Notes: generated from the letters alone by a model not told the origin. A stretch of 64,000 nt of DNA from an uncultured Acidobacteriota bacterium (GCA_963773005.1 CAVYZR010000007.1:31891-95890); one strand, 5' to 3'. Shown: positions 38,929 through 49,448, numbered from the stretch's first letter. Made by a program: numbers and translations.

Positions 38929-41257
38929 GTGTCTACGCCACCCTCCAAAGGCAAACCGGCCCAGGCCAAGGCGCCGTCGCGACGCCGTGTCAAGCTGCTC
39001 GGCAAGCGGTGGAAGCTGTACGCGCTCGTGGCACTGTCCGGCCCGCTCGTCGTCTTCCTCGGGGTCTTCGGCTATTACTACGTCGTTTTCTCGCGGATGA
39101 TCGACGCGCGGCTTCATGGGGACATGCAGCGTGTCGATCCCAGAATCTTCGCCAGGCCGTTCGAGGTCCGCAAAGGCCAATCCGTCTCGCCCCGGCAGCT
39201 GGTCGACCGGTTGAACGAGCTCGGCTATGCCAACCGCGCGCAGTCCGGGCAGCCAGGCGAGTTCACCATCGGTCGCGACGCCATCGTGCTCGTCCCACGC
39301 GACGGCGATCGAAAGGGTCAGACGGTCCGGATCGTCTTCGGCATGCGATCGGCGAAGACGAAGGAGACGACGGCGATCGATCACCTGGAGATCGTCGGCG
39401 AAAAGGTCCGCCCCGAGCAGCTGACGCTCGACCCCCCACTCATCACGGCGCTCGTCGCATCCGGTCGTGAGAAACGCCGGGATGTACCGCTTCAGAACAT
39501 TCCGCAGCACATGATTCAGGCGGTGCTCGCCATCGAGGACCGCCGCTTCTACGACCACGTCGGCGTCGACCCGATTGGCATCGCGTCAGCGGTGTGGGAC
39601 TACGTGTCCGGCCGGAAGGCCTATCTCCGCGGTGGGAGCACGCTCACCCAGCAGCTCATCAAGAACACCTTCCTGACGCAGGAACGAAGCACGATCCGCA
39701 AGGTGCAGGATCAGTTCATGGCGCTCATCCTGGAGCGCCGGCTGAGCAAAGATCAGGTGCTCGAGCTCTATCTGAATGATGTCTGGCTCGGCCAGCGGGG
39801 GTCATTCGCGGTACACGGCGTCGCGGAGGCGTCGCGGCTCTTCTTCGCCAAACACATCTCCAACGTGTCGCTGAGCGAAGCGGCCCTCATCGCCGGTGTC
39901 ATCCAGTCGCCGCCCCGCCACTCGCCGTTTGTCCACCCGGAGCGAGCCAAGGAACGGCGCGACGTGGTCCTGCGCGCGATGGCCGAGGCCGGCTTCGTCA
40001 GCGCGGAGGCGGCCGCCCGCGCCTGCCAGGAGCCCGTGCAGGTCGTGGCCAGGGCGCTCGAAGCGGAGGCGCCGTACTTCGTCGACTACATCAGCCAGGA
40101 GTTGCAAGATAAGTACAGCGCCGTCGCCAACACCGTCGACGTGTACACGACGCTCGACATCCACCTTCAGCGTCTCGCGCAGGACGCCGTACGCGACGGA
40201 CTGATCCGCGTCGACGAACTGCTCGCCAAGCGCAAGCGTCAGAAGGCACAGGCTGCGCTCATCGCCGTCGACCCGCGCACGGGCGAGGTGCTCGCGATGG
40301 TTGGAGGGCGCTCCTACAACCAATCGCAGTTCAACCGCGCCATCAATGCGCGGCGCCAACCAGGATCCGTATTCAAGCCGTTCGTGTACCTCGCGGCGTT
40401 CGAGCATGCGTTCAAGGAAGGGCGCACCGACATCACGCCGGCCACGATCGTCATCGACGAACCGACGACGTTCATGTTCAATGACGAGCCATGGGAGCCT
40501 CGCAACTACGAGAACGAGTACGACGGCCCAGTGACACTTCGTCGAGCGCTGGCGCATTCGCGCAATGTGGCAACGATCAAGGTAGCGGAAACCATCGGAT
40601 ACGGGCAGATTGCCGCGCTCTGGCGCGAAGTCGGCGCGGGCGCCTCGCCGCGCGCTTATGCCGCGATCGCGCTCGGCGTATTCGAGGCGACGCCGTTCGA
40701 AATCGCCACCGCGTACACGCTCTTTCCAAATGGTGGAACGATCCGCCCCTTGAAGGCCATCCTGCGGATGACAAGCGCGGGGCAGAACCTGCAGATTCGG
40801 ACGACCGCAACGAAGACCGTCGCGCGGCGAGAAACCACGTTTCTCGTGACCAACATGATGCGCAGCGTCCTCAACGAAGGTACGGCGGCGTCGGTGCGAG
40901 CCTCCGGCTTCACGCCGGATGCGGCCGGCAAGACCGGCACGACCAACGATCTTCGTGACGCGTGGTTCGTCGGTTTTACCCCCGAGCTCGTCACGGTCGT
41001 GTGGGTCGGGCTCGATGACAATCAGCCGCTCGGCCTGAGTGGCTCGACGGCCGCGCTCCCCATCTGGACGGCGTTCATGACTCGCGCGCTCGCCGGGACT
41101 CGACAGCCCGACGTTCCAGACGCCCGAAGGTATTGCGTTCGTCGATATCGACCGCGATACGGGACAAGTCGCCGGTCCCGCTTGTCCGCGGGTCCTGTCT
41201 GAGGCATTCATCGTCGGCACCGAGCCCAGAGAACTCTGCCACCTGCACGGCAACTGA
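38929..41257 (+). CDS. Class A penicillin-binding protein (PBP1A-type), C-terminus displaced by a +1 frameshift
   Basis: Glycosyltransferase motifs (AIEDRRFYDH, GGSTLTQQ) and transpeptidase motifs (SVFKP, KTGTT). After ...ALAGTRQPD the canonical tail FQTPEGIAFVDIDRDTGQVAGPACPRVLSEAFIVGTEPRELCHLHGN is in the +1 frame from about 41111. The stop is at 41255-41257. Confidence 0.9.
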
Positions 41258-41291
41258 AACACCTATCAGCGCCCGTTACACTGCCAAAAGC

Positions 41292-41390
41292 CTCTCACCG
41301 CTGAGGCCGCAGAGCACGCTGAGCCTTGAATGTTGAATCAGGACCAGAACCATCTGAGCTCTGCGCCCTCCGCGAGCTCCGCGGTGAGAG
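41292..41390. repeat. CCGCAGAG-word imperfect palindrome after PBP1A (terminator-like)
   Basis: ctctcaccgctgaggccgcagagcacgctgagcc ... gagctctgcgccctccgcgagctccgcggtgagag, followed by tctttt. A related half-site is at 33982-34012. Confidence 0.6.
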
Positions 41391-41469
41391 TCTTTTGACA
41401 AGAACCAGCGTGCGTCCAGTTTGACGGGACGGCTTCAAGTCTGGGAACTGCGCTACCATTAAGATTGAC

Positions 41470-42573
41470 TTGCATAAACTACTTTCTCTTACGCTAATCG
41501 CCGTAGTCACGATTTGGGGCGGCGCGTGCCGAAAGGCACCGGCTCAAGCCGAGGCCTCGTCCTCTGCCCCAGCGACTTCCGCTGCACCGGCAGCAACCCC
41601 CTCGCAAGCGTCTGCCCAGCCAGCTACTGCCTCGGCGCCCGCGACGCCGGCGCAAACGACAGCGGCTGTGCCTCCGACGCCAGTTCCGGCGCAGCTGCCG
41701 AATGTGCTCGCGCACGTGAATAGCGAGGACGTCACCAAAGCGGACTTCGAACGCCTGCTGCGCAACATCGAGCTCAATAACCGAGGCCCTGTGCCGGCCG
41801 ATCGGCGCGATGAGATTTACCGAAAAGTGCTCGACGAGCTCGTCAATTACACGCTCCTCAAGCAGGAAGCGAAGGCGCGCAATTTCACCGCGACCGACGC
41901 CGAAGTCGAGACGCAGTTGCAGTCCATGCGCCAGGGCGCCCGGAGCGAAGAGGCGTTCAACAAGGCGCTCGCCGAACGCAAGATGACCCTCGAAAAGCTC
42001 AGGGCCGACGCGAAGGTCGAGATCGCCATTGCCAAGATGATGAATGCCCAGGTGGCGACATTGACCGAAGCAACCGACACTGAGGCGAAGGACTTCTACG
42101 ACAAGAACCCCGACAAGTTCAAACGTCCTGAAACGGTTCGCGCCAGCCACATCCTTCTTCGAGTCGACCCGAACGCGGATGACGCCACCAAGAAGCAGAC
42201 CAGGGCGAAAATCGACGAGGTGCTCAAGCAAGCCAAGGGCGGCACCGACTTCGCCGCGCTCGCGAAACAGAACTCTCAGGACGGAAGCGCTGCCCAGGGC
42301 GGCGACCTCGGCTTCTTCCCGAAGGAGAAAATGGTTCCGGCGTTCGCCGACGTCGCCTTCGCGCTCAACACTGGCGAAATCAGCGATGTCGTGACGACGC
42401 AGTTCGGCCTGCATATCATCAAGGCGACCGATCGCAAGCCAGCCGGACTCGTGCCGCTCGACGAAGTCAGCGCCAAGATCAAGGACTTCCTCAACGAGCA
42501 GAAGAAGCAGCAACTGGCGCAGGCGTTCATCGCGCAAGTCAGGCAGAAGGCCAAAATCGAGGTCCTGATCTGA
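41470..42573 (+). CDS. Parvulin-type peptidyl-prolyl isomerase lipoprotein (SurA/PrsA-like)
   Basis: Lipobox-like IWGGAC. The parvulin core is VRASHILLRV...GGDLGFFPKEKMVPAFADVAF...FGLHIIK. TTG start. Confidence 0.85.
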   Translation: MHKLLSLTLIAVVTIWGGACRKAPAQAEASSSAPATSAAPAATPSQASAQPATASAPATPAQTTAAVPPTPVPAQLPNVLAHVNSEDVTKADFERLLRNIELNNRGPVPADRRDEIYRKVLDELVNYTLLKQEAKARNFTATDAEVETQLQSMRQGARSEEAFNKALAERKMTLEKLRADAKVEIAIAKMMNAQVATLTEATDTEAKDFYDKNPDKFKRPETVRASHILLRVDPNADDATKKQTRAKIDEVLKQAKGGTDFAALAKQNSQDGSAAQGGDLGFFPKEKMVPAFADVAFALNTGEISDVVTTQFGLHIIKATDRKPAGLVPLDEVSAKIKDFLNEQKKQQLAQAFIAQVRQKAKIEVLI

Positions 42574-42581
42574 ACGAAGAA

Positions 42582-43379
42582 GTGCTGGCAGCGGCGGCTG
42601 ATGCGCTCAAGCGCGGAGAATCGGTCGCGCTCGTGACGGTCGTGCGCGCGCGCGGCTCAACGCCTCAGCGCGCCGGCGCCAAGATGCTGGTGTACGCGGA
42701 TGGCCGCACCGTCGGCACGATCGGCGGCGGCTGCTACGAGAACGAAGCCTGCCTCAAGGCGCGAGAAGTCCTCGACTCGGGCCGCCAGGTGCTCATGCAC
42801 TTCGAGCTCAACGACGACTTCGCCCAGGAAAACGGCCTCATCTGCGGAGGTCAGATGGACGTCCATGTCGATCCGCTCGAGCCCGCTCCGCGCCTGTACA
42901 TCATCGGCGCCGGTCACGTCGGGTGGCACCTCGCCCGCCTCGCCGACGCGATTGACTTTCGCGTGCACGTCATCGACGACCGCGAAAAATTCGCTAACCC
43001 CGAGCGCTTTCCCGGCGCCGACGACATCATCGTCGAGCCGATCGCCGACTGGCTCCATCGCGCCGAGATTCCGGCGACCGGCTACGTCGTGATCGTCACG
43101 CGCGGACACCAGGGCGATCTCGAGGCGATGCGCGCGCTCGCCGCGCGCGATCTGCGCTACCTCGGCCTCATCGGCAGCCGCGCCAAGGTCGCGCGCATCC
43201 GCACCGTGCTCCTCGAAGAGGGCATGCCGTCGGAGTGCCTCGACCGCGTCCACTCCCCCATCGGCCTCGACATCGGCGCCGTGACTCCCGCCGAGATCGC
43301 GGTCGCGATCCTCGCCGAACTAATCGCGGTTCGCCGCGGCGTCGCGACCGGGGTCAGATCTCGATTTTCTAATCCCTGA
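42582..43379 (+). CDS. XdhC/CoxI-family accessory protein
   Basis: VTVVRARGSTPQRAGAKMLV...GTIGGGC and the Rossmann part LYIIGAGHVG. The last ~10 codons run into the hairpin element, so the true C-terminus is uncertain. Confidence 0.8.
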   Translation: MLAAAADALKRGESVALVTVVRARGSTPQRAGAKMLVYADGRTVGTIGGGCYENEACLKAREVLDSGRQVLMHFELNDDFAQENGLICGGQMDVHVDPLEPAPRLYIIGAGHVGWHLARLADAIDFRVHVIDDREKFANPERFPGADDIIVEPIADWLHRAEIPATGYVVIVTRGHQGDLEAMRALAARDLRYLGLIGSRAKVARIRTVLLEEGMPSECLDRVHSPIGLDIGAVTPAEIAVAILAELIAVRRGVATGVRSRFSNP

Positions 43380-43405
43380 CCGGTTAGAAGATCGAGATCT
43401 GACCC
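43351..43405. repeat. 55-bp near-perfect palindrome filling the xdhC-amidohydrolase junction
   Basis: gggtcagatctcgattttctaa-tccctgaccgg-ttagaagatcgagatctgaccc. The right arm ends 1 nt before the ATG at 43407. Confidence 0.85.
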
Positions 43406-43406
43406 T

Positions 43407-44735
43407 ATGGCGACGACGCTCATCCGCAACGCCACCATCCTGACCATGAACGACGCCCTCGAGATTGTCGAGGGCGCGGTGATGGTGCGCGATGGGCGCA
43501 TCCTTTCGGTCGGCGCCGAGCCGTCCGCCCAATGTGACCACGTCGTGAACGCGGGCGGTGACTACCTGCTGCCCGGCTTCATTCAGACGCACATCCACTT
43601 GTGTCAGACGCTCTTCCGCAGCTACGCCGACGATATGCCTCTGCTCGAGTGGCTGCAGCGCCGAATCTGGCCGATGGAGGCGGCGCACTCGCCCTCAACG
43701 CTGCGCGCTGCCGTGCGGCTCGCCGCCGCCGAGCTCCTGCTCTCGGGCACGACGACGGCCTTGACGATGGAGACCGTGCACGACACCGACGTCGTCTTTG
43801 AGACGCTGGCGGATGTTGGACTGCGGGCGACGGTCGGCAAGTGCATGATGGATTCGGACGACAACAACGTGCCCTCGCGGCTCCGCGAGGAGACGCAAAG
43901 GTCGATCGACGAGAGCGTGGCCCTTCGGGCGCGATGGGATGGCGCGGCGCGTGGACGTCTCCGCGCGGCCTTTGCGCCGCGATTCGCCGTCTCCTGCTCG
44001 CGTCGCCTGCTCGAGGCGGTCGCTACGCTCTCGGCAAGTGATCGCGTGATTGTCCACACGCACGCTTCTGAATCACGCGACGAAGTCGACGTCGTCCGCC
44101 GGCTGTCGGGCGGGCTCTCGAATCTCGAATACTTGAATGCGACCGGCCTCGCAAGCGAGAGGCTGTGCGCCGCGCACTGCGTCTGGGTCAGCGACGCCGA
44201 GCAGGCGCTGATGGCGGAGCGCGACGTCAAGGTGATGCACTGCCCGGGGTCCAACCTCAAGCTCGGCTCGGGCATCGCGCCGATCGTCGAGATGCGGCAG
44301 CGCGGAATCTGCGTGTCGCTCGGCGCCGACGGCGCCGCCTGCAACAATCGGCTCGACATGTTCGACGAGATGCGGCTGGCCGCCACGCTGCAGGCGATGC
44401 GTCGTGCTCCCGGCTCGATAACGGCGCGCGACGTGCTTTGGATGGCGACGCGTGAAGGCGCTCGCGCAATGGGCCTGCAGGACGAGTTGGGGTCGGTCGA
44501 GCCCGGTAAGCGGGCCGACCTGATTCTCGTTTCACGTGATCGCCCGCACCTATCGCCGGACGCCGACCCATGGTCCACACTGGTCTATGGAGCCCGAGGG
44601 ACCGACATCAGAATGACAATGGTCGATGGCGAGGTCCTGGTCGACGAGTTCCGCCTCAGCCGGCTGGATGGGGCTGAGATTGCCTCGGACGCAAAGCGAG
44701 CGGCGCGCGAGGTCGCGGGGAGGGCGGGGATTTAG
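43407..44735 (+). CDS. Amidohydrolase-superfamily deaminase (MtaD / guanine-deaminase-like)
   Basis: LLPGFIQTHIHLCQT (HxH), HASE, and the CPGSNLKLGSG pattern of the MTA/SAH-deaminase-like subfamily. The substrate cannot be assigned. Confidence 0.85.
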   Translation: MATTLIRNATILTMNDALEIVEGAVMVRDGRILSVGAEPSAQCDHVVNAGGDYLLPGFIQTHIHLCQTLFRSYADDMPLLEWLQRRIWPMEAAHSPSTLRAAVRLAAAELLLSGTTTALTMETVHDTDVVFETLADVGLRATVGKCMMDSDDNNVPSRLREETQRSIDESVALRARWDGAARGRLRAAFAPRFAVSCSRRLLEAVATLSASDRVIVHTHASESRDEVDVVRRLSGGLSNLEYLNATGLASERLCAAHCVWVSDAEQALMAERDVKVMHCPGSNLKLGSGIAPIVEMRQRGICVSLGADGAACNNRLDMFDEMRLAATLQAMRRAPGSITARDVLWMATREGARAMGLQDELGSVEPGKRADLILVSRDRPHLSPDADPWSTLVYGARGTDIRMTMVDGEVLVDEFRLSRLDGAEIASDAKRAAREVAGRAGI

Positions 44736-44736
44736 T

Positions 44737-44917
44737 CGGTTCGTGGTTCGTTGTTCTGGGTTCGTCGTTCTGGGTTCGGCGGTTCGGGGTTCGGGTTCGG
44801 GGTTCTCGGTTCGGGGTTCGGGGTTCGCCGTTTGGAGTCGTGGTGGTTCGATGGGAGAACCGAGAACCGCGAACCCCGAACCAAGAACGACGAACCAAGA
44901 ACGACGAACCTAGAACC
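44737..44917. repeat. GGTTCG/CGAACC-word imperfect palindrome (family B copy 1)
   Basis: The left arm is tcggttcgtggttcgttgttctgggttcgtcgttctgggttcggcggttcggggttcgg... The right arm is gagaaccgagaaccgcgaaccccgaaccaagaacgacgaaccaagaacgacgaacctagaaccc. It sits between the amidohydrolase stop and the hrcA promoter. Confidence 0.8.
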
Positions 44918-44921
44918 CTGC

Positions 44922-44957
44922 TATAATCACTTAGCAGTCGCCAACGTCGAGTGCTAA
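44922..44957 (+). promoter_or_regulatory. TATAAT -10 box plus CIRCE operator for the hrcA-grpE-dnaJ operon
   Basis: TATAAT at 44922-44927. TTAGCAGTC-N9-GAGTGCTAA at 44931-44957 has 1 mismatch to TTAGCACTC-N9-GAGTGCTAA and lies 7 nt before the hrcA ATG. Confidence 0.85.
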
Positions 44958-44963
44958 CAGTCT

Positions 44964-46010
44964 ATGGTGCTCCATCCTGCACTGCCCGAACGGGATAGAC
45001 GAATTCTTGGGGTCGTGGTGTCGGCCTACATCGAACAGGGCGAGCCGGTGTCGTCGCTCTGGCTGGCCAAGGGCCGTCTCGGCGTCTCCTCGGCGACGCT
45101 TCGCAACGTGCTGGCGCGCCTCGAGGAGCAAGGGTACGTCCGTCAGCCGCACACGTCGGCTGGTCGCGTCCCGACCGACTTGGGCTATCGCAACTACGTG
45201 GACAACGTTCTCGCCGAGCGGCGCGCGTCGAGACCAGCGCCGAACGTCGAGGCCAGGCTTCGACGGGCGGGAAGCGTGGACGACCTGCTCTCGCATGTCT
45301 CGCAGGAAGTGTCGCGCGCGTCACATCAGGTCGGCTTCGCGATCGCGCCGTCTGCCGACACTACGACGCTCGAGCACCTGAACTTCGTGCCGCTGGATGG
45401 TGGGAAGATCCTGGTCGTCGTCGTTGCCGCCGGCGGCCACGTTTCGCACAAGATTATCGAGCCAACCGAGCAGTACGATCAGACGGAGCTGGCCCAGGCG
45501 TCTGCTTACCTCAACAATGAGTTCAAGGGACGGACGCTCTTCGACGTCCGTCAGATGGTGATCGAGCGCCTCCGCGAGGAACGGACGCTCTACGACGTCC
45601 TGATGGCACGGGCGTTGCGACTCGCCAGTGCGACGCTCGCCCACGTGGATTCGGATCCCGTCATCTACGTTCAGGGCACGTCGATGCTGCTCGAGGATGT
45701 GAGCACAGATGATCCCGATGTCACGCTCGAGGCGCTCCGCGCGCTGCTGCAGATGATCGAAGAAAAGGCGCGCCTGGTCCGTCTGCTCGACGACTACCTC
45801 GGCGGCGACGGCCTGACCGTCGTCATCGGGTCCGAGCATCCGTCGAGCGACCTGCGCGGCTTCAGCCTGGTTTTCTCGACCTATTCCGACGGCCGCGGTA
45901 CGGGCGCGGTCGGCGTGATTGGCCCTACCCGTATGCACTACTCCCGCGCCATCAACGCGGTCGACAGCCTGTCGCGCGTCGTGAGCCGAGTCGTCGGCGC
46001 GAAGAGCTGA
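44964..46010 (+). CDS. hrcA: Heat-inducible transcription repressor HrcA
   Basis: RDRRILGVVVSAYIEQGEPVSS..., 348 aa, CIRCE directly upstream, followed by grpE and dnaJ. Confidence 0.9.
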   Translation: MVLHPALPERDRRILGVVVSAYIEQGEPVSSLWLAKGRLGVSSATLRNVLARLEEQGYVRQPHTSAGRVPTDLGYRNYVDNVLAERRASRPAPNVEARLRRAGSVDDLLSHVSQEVSRASHQVGFAIAPSADTTTLEHLNFVPLDGGKILVVVVAAGGHVSHKIIEPTEQYDQTELAQASAYLNNEFKGRTLFDVRQMVIERLREERTLYDVLMARALRLASATLAHVDSDPVIYVQGTSMLLEDVSTDDPDVTLEALRALLQMIEEKARLVRLLDDYLGGDGLTVVIGSEHPSSDLRGFSLVFSTYSDGRGTGAVGVIGPTRMHYSRAINAVDSLSRVVSRVVGAKS

Positions 46011-46024
46011 GAACCTCCGGCATC

Positions 46025-46543
46025 ATGAACGACAAAAACGAACACGCCACTTCTGATCCCCCCGAAAAGTTCGAAAAGGGTTCAGCGGTCGTCGACGCCG
46101 ACGAGCTCCAGAAGCAGCGCGACGACTATTACGATCGGCTGCTCCGCAAGACCGCCGAATTCGACAATTACCGCAAACGTGTGGAACGCGACCGTCAAAG
46201 CACCGCCGAATCGATCGCGGCAGACGTCGTCCGTGATCTCCTTCCACTCGTCGACGATCTCGAACGGGCGCTGAAGGCCGATACCGGCGCCGACGGCGCG
46301 GAAGCCTATCGCAAGGGCGTCGAGCTCATCCATCGCCAGCTCGTCGACATCCTGCGCAAGCGTGGCGTCAAGCCGATCGAAGCGCTCGGGGCCGATTTCG
46401 ATCCGCACTTTCATCAGGCGATCGCTCACGAGCCCGCCGAAGGCCGCCGCGATGGCGAGGTCGTCGAAGAGTTCGCGCGTGGCTACATGCTGGGCGACCG
46501 GCTGATCCGCCCCGCAGTCGTCAAGGTGGCCAAGGGTGAATAG
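46025..46543 (+). CDS. grpE: Nucleotide exchange factor GrpE
   Basis: RKTAEFDNYRKRVERD..., DPHFHQAIAHEP, GYMLGDRLIRPAVVKVA. Confidence 0.9.
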   Translation: MNDKNEHATSDPPEKFEKGSAVVDADELQKQRDDYYDRLLRKTAEFDNYRKRVERDRQSTAESIAADVVRDLLPLVDDLERALKADTGADGAEAYRKGVELIHRQLVDILRKRGVKPIEALGADFDPHFHQAIAHEPAEGRRDGEVVEEFARGYMLGDRLIRPAVVKVAKGE

Positions 46544-46544
46544 A

Positions 46545-46582
46545 GCCACGGATCACACGGACAACACGGACGGGTCTATGCG
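46545..46582. repeat. Inverted copy of the family F GATCCGYG-word unit filling the grpE-dnaJ spacer
   Basis: The reverse complement cgcatagacccgtccgtgttgtccgtgtgatccgtggc matches 34098-34138 at about 33 of 39 positions. It starts 2 nt after the grpE stop and ends at the dnaJ ATG. Confidence 0.7.
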
Positions 46583-47728
46583 ATGGCTTCTAGCGTGAGC
46601 AAGCGGGACTATTACGAAATTCTGGGCGTCGCGCGCGAAGCGACCGACCAGCAGATCAAGAGTGCGTATCGCAAGCTCGCGTTGCAGCACCACCCCGATC
46701 GCAACCCGAACGATCGCAAGGCCGAGGAACGGTTCAAGGAAGCGGCCGAGGCCTACGCGGTCCTTGCCGATCGCGAGAAGCGAGGCCTGTACGATCGGTT
46801 CGGACACGCCGGCGTGAATGGCGGGAGCGCGGGATTCGATCCGACGATCTTTGCCGATTTCTCCGACATCTTTTCCGGACTCGGCGACGCGTTCGGATTC
46901 GGCGACATCTTCGGCGGACGGCGACGCCGCGGTGGCCCGCAACGCGGCTCCGATCTCCGCTACGACCTGGAAATCGACTTCGAGGAATCCGCCGTCGGCG
47001 CCGAAACCACGATTCAGATCCCCCGCGAGGAATCGTGCGAGACGTGTGGAGGGTCCGGGGCCGCGGCTGGCACCTCGCCCGAGACGTGCAACCAGTGCCG
47101 GGGTTCGGGTCAGCTGCGCTACCAGCAGGGTTTTCTGACGGTCGCGCGGCCCTGCTCCAACTGTCGCGGAACGGGAAAGACCATCGCCAAGCCGTGTCCG
47201 ACGTGTCGCGGCGCCGGGCGCGTCGGCCGCGAGCGCAAGCTGACGGTCAAGATCCCGGCAGGGATTGCCACCGGCCAGCGGCTCCGCCTCCAGAACGAAG
47301 GCGAGCATGGCACTGCGGGAGGCCCTCCAGGCGATCTCTACGTCGTCGTTCACGTGCAGGAGCATCATTTCTTCCATCGCGAAAACGACGATCTCTACTG
47401 CGAGCTGCCGATCAGTTACCCGACGCTGGCCCTTGGCGGGAGCGTCAAGGTCCCGACGCTCAACGGACGCGAGGATCTGAATATTCCGGCCGGGACGCAG
47501 GTCGGCGCCCGCTTCAAGCTGCGCGGCAAGGGCATGCCGAACGTCTCGGGCCGCGGCCGCGGCGATCTGCACGTGATCGCGGGCGTGGCAGTTCCGACGA
47601 AGCTCACGAAAGACCAGAAGCACCTGCTCGAGGAGTTGTCGAAGACGCTGCCTCGGCAAGAAGACGAGCTCGATCGACAGGACGCAGACAAACCGTTCTT
47701 CGAACGCGTCAAGGATATTTTTGGCTGA
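46583..47728 (+). CDS. dnaJ: Molecular chaperone DnaJ
   Basis: J domain (DYYEILGV...HPDRN), G/F region and four CxxCxGxG zinc motifs. Confidence 0.95.
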   Translation: MASSVSKRDYYEILGVAREATDQQIKSAYRKLALQHHPDRNPNDRKAEERFKEAAEAYAVLADREKRGLYDRFGHAGVNGGSAGFDPTIFADFSDIFSGLGDAFGFGDIFGGRRRRGGPQRGSDLRYDLEIDFEESAVGAETTIQIPREESCETCGGSGAAAGTSPETCNQCRGSGQLRYQQGFLTVARPCSNCRGTGKTIAKPCPTCRGAGRVGRERKLTVKIPAGIATGQRLRLQNEGEHGTAGGPPGDLYVVVHVQEHHFFHRENDDLYCELPISYPTLALGGSVKVPTLNGREDLNIPAGTQVGARFKLRGKGMPNVSGRGRGDLHVIAGVAVPTKLTKDQKHLLEELSKTLPRQEDELDRQDADKPFFERVKDIFG

Positions 47729-48602
47729 TGTTGCCGCACTGGACCTGCGATGGAATCCTGGTCCTGACGCTGCGACGCTAGTCGAACTGCTCTACGCCAC
47801 GCTCGACGAGTTCGAACCGCAGGCCATTCATGACGTCGAACCCGCCGACGGCTGGCGGGTGTTCTTCAAGACCAGTCTTCAACGAGACGCCGCGGCGGCG
47901 GCGGTGAAAGCTTCGTTCGGCGATCGTCTGCTAGCCCTGTCGATCGCTGAAGTGCCCGATGAAGAATGGGCGAGGCGAAGCCAGGCTCACCTGACACCAA
48001 TTCGCGTCGGCCGCATCGTCGTCTCGCCGCCGTGGCACGCCACTCCCTGTCCGTCGTCGTGCCTCCTCGAGCCAGCACCGCTCGAGATCCGGCATTCGGC
48101 AGATCTCGTGATCGTGATCGATCCGTCCACCGGCTTTGGAACCGGCCACCACGAGACCACGCGGCTTTGCCTCTCGCTCCTGCAATCTTTCGAGCTGGTC
48201 GGACGAGCCGTCATCGATGTAGGAACAGGCTCTGGGGTGCTGGCCATAGCAGCCGCGACACTGGGGGCCTCTTCAGTGGTCGCGTTCGACGAAGATCCCG
48301 AAGCGCTGAGAAATGCTCGGGAGAACGTCGCTCGGAACGACCTGTCGAGCCGTATTGATGTTCAAGAAGCCGAGCTCGGAACGTTTCCGGGCAACGCAGC
48401 TGACGTCGTGGTCGCGAACCTGACCGGCGCGGTCATTCAGAAGCACGCGCGCCGGCTCGCAGATCTCGTCGCACCGGGCGGCCGACTCATCGTCAGCGGA
48501 TTCAGCGTGACCGAGGCTGTTGCCGTCACTCGAGCCCTCAGTGGCGCCGTCGAGCAAGAGTTGAGCGACGGTGAGTGGGGTGCGGCGCTCGTGAGGGGTT
48601 GA
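47721..48602 (+). CDS. prmA: Ribosomal protein L11 methyltransferase
   Basis: PIRVGRIVVSPPW, DPSTGFGTGHHETTRLCL, DVGTGSGVLAIAA. The TTG start overlapping the dnaJ stop is uncertain. Confidence 0.85.
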   Translation: MADVAALDLRWNPGPDAATLVELLYATLDEFEPQAIHDVEPADGWRVFFKTSLQRDAAAAAVKASFGDRLLALSIAEVPDEEWARRSQAHLTPIRVGRIVVSPPWHATPCPSSCLLEPAPLEIRHSADLVIVIDPSTGFGTGHHETTRLCLSLLQSFELVGRAVIDVGTGSGVLAIAAATLGASSVVAFDEDPEALRNARENVARNDLSSRIDVQEAELGTFPGNAADVVVANLTGAVIQKHARRLADLVAPGGRLIVSGFSVTEAVAVTRALSGAVEQELSDGEWGAALVRG

Positions 48603-48629
48603 ACCGGTGTTCGGGAGTGGACAGCACTC

Positions 48630-49376
48630 TCACACAGTATCGAACGCGTAGTTCACCAGCGAGACCGCGACCAGACCTACGGCATCCGCGCGCAGCGTCA
48701 TTGAACCCAGGCTGACGAGGACGCATCCAGCCGTCGTCGCAGCTTCACGCTCACTCGCGGACCACCCACCTTCCGGGCCGACAATACAAGCGACACGTTG
48801 AGGAACTGGACCCGCAAGACCGACACGGAGTGCCTGAACGTGGCCTTCGCCCGATGACGGCTCAGCCAGAAGCAGGCGGCGACCATCGAACGGTGCTTCG
48901 AGCCACGCACGTAGTGGCTGCGGGGGATCGATCGCGGGGAGACGGGCACGGCCACACTGCTTGGCTGACGCAACCCCAATCCTCTGCCATCGCTCGAGCG
49001 CGCCTTTGAGGACGGACCGGCTGACGAGCGAACGGTCTGTGACGACCGGCACTATCTGAGCGACGCCGGCCATCGTCGCATCGCGCACGACGCCGTCCAT
49101 CTTGTCGCCCTTGAGCACGGCCTGGACGAGTGTTGTCAGTACCGTCGGCTCGGGGGCGGTCGCGATCGGCGCACCGAGTGTGACCGAGGCGCGATTACGA
49201 TCGGCCCGCGCGACACGCGCCTGAAACTCGCGTCCGTCGCCATCGAAGACGGCGATCTCGTCTCCCGCCACAAGACGCAAGACACGGACGAGGTGGTGTG
49301 ACTCGTCTGAGGAGAGAATGACCTCGGCCGCCGAAGGGTCGAGGCCCGGTGCGTAGAAGCGCGGACGCGTCGTCAC
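48630..49376 (-). CDS. rsmE: 16S rRNA (uracil1498-N3)-methyltransferase RsmE
   Basis: RFYAP...HHLVRVLRL..GDEI.VFDG and the C-terminal GPEGGWS..E...LG..LRA pattern. Confidence 0.85.
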   Translation of the reverse strand: MTTRPRFYAPGLDPSAAEVILSSDESHHLVRVLRLVAGDEIAVFDGDGREFQARVARADRNRASVTLGAPIATAPEPTVLTTLVQAVLKGDKMDGVVRDATMAGVAQIVPVVTDRSLVSRSVLKGALERWQRIGVASAKQCGRARLPAIDPPQPLRAWLEAPFDGRRLLLAEPSSGEGHVQALRVGLAGPVPQRVACIVGPEGGWSASEREAATTAGCVLVSLGSMTLRADAVGLVAVSLVNYAFDTV

Positions 49377-49415
49377 GGATCGATTCTATCCGCGCTATAC
49401 TTCGGCATTTCCTTT

Positions 49416-49448
49416 TTCACTTCAGCATTCAGCACTCAGCATTCAAAA
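49416..49448 (+). repeat. TCAGCATTC-word element abutting the kinase TTG start (copy of 18480-18520)
   Basis: tttcacttcagcattcagcactcagcattcaaaa-TTG. Confidence 0.7.
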
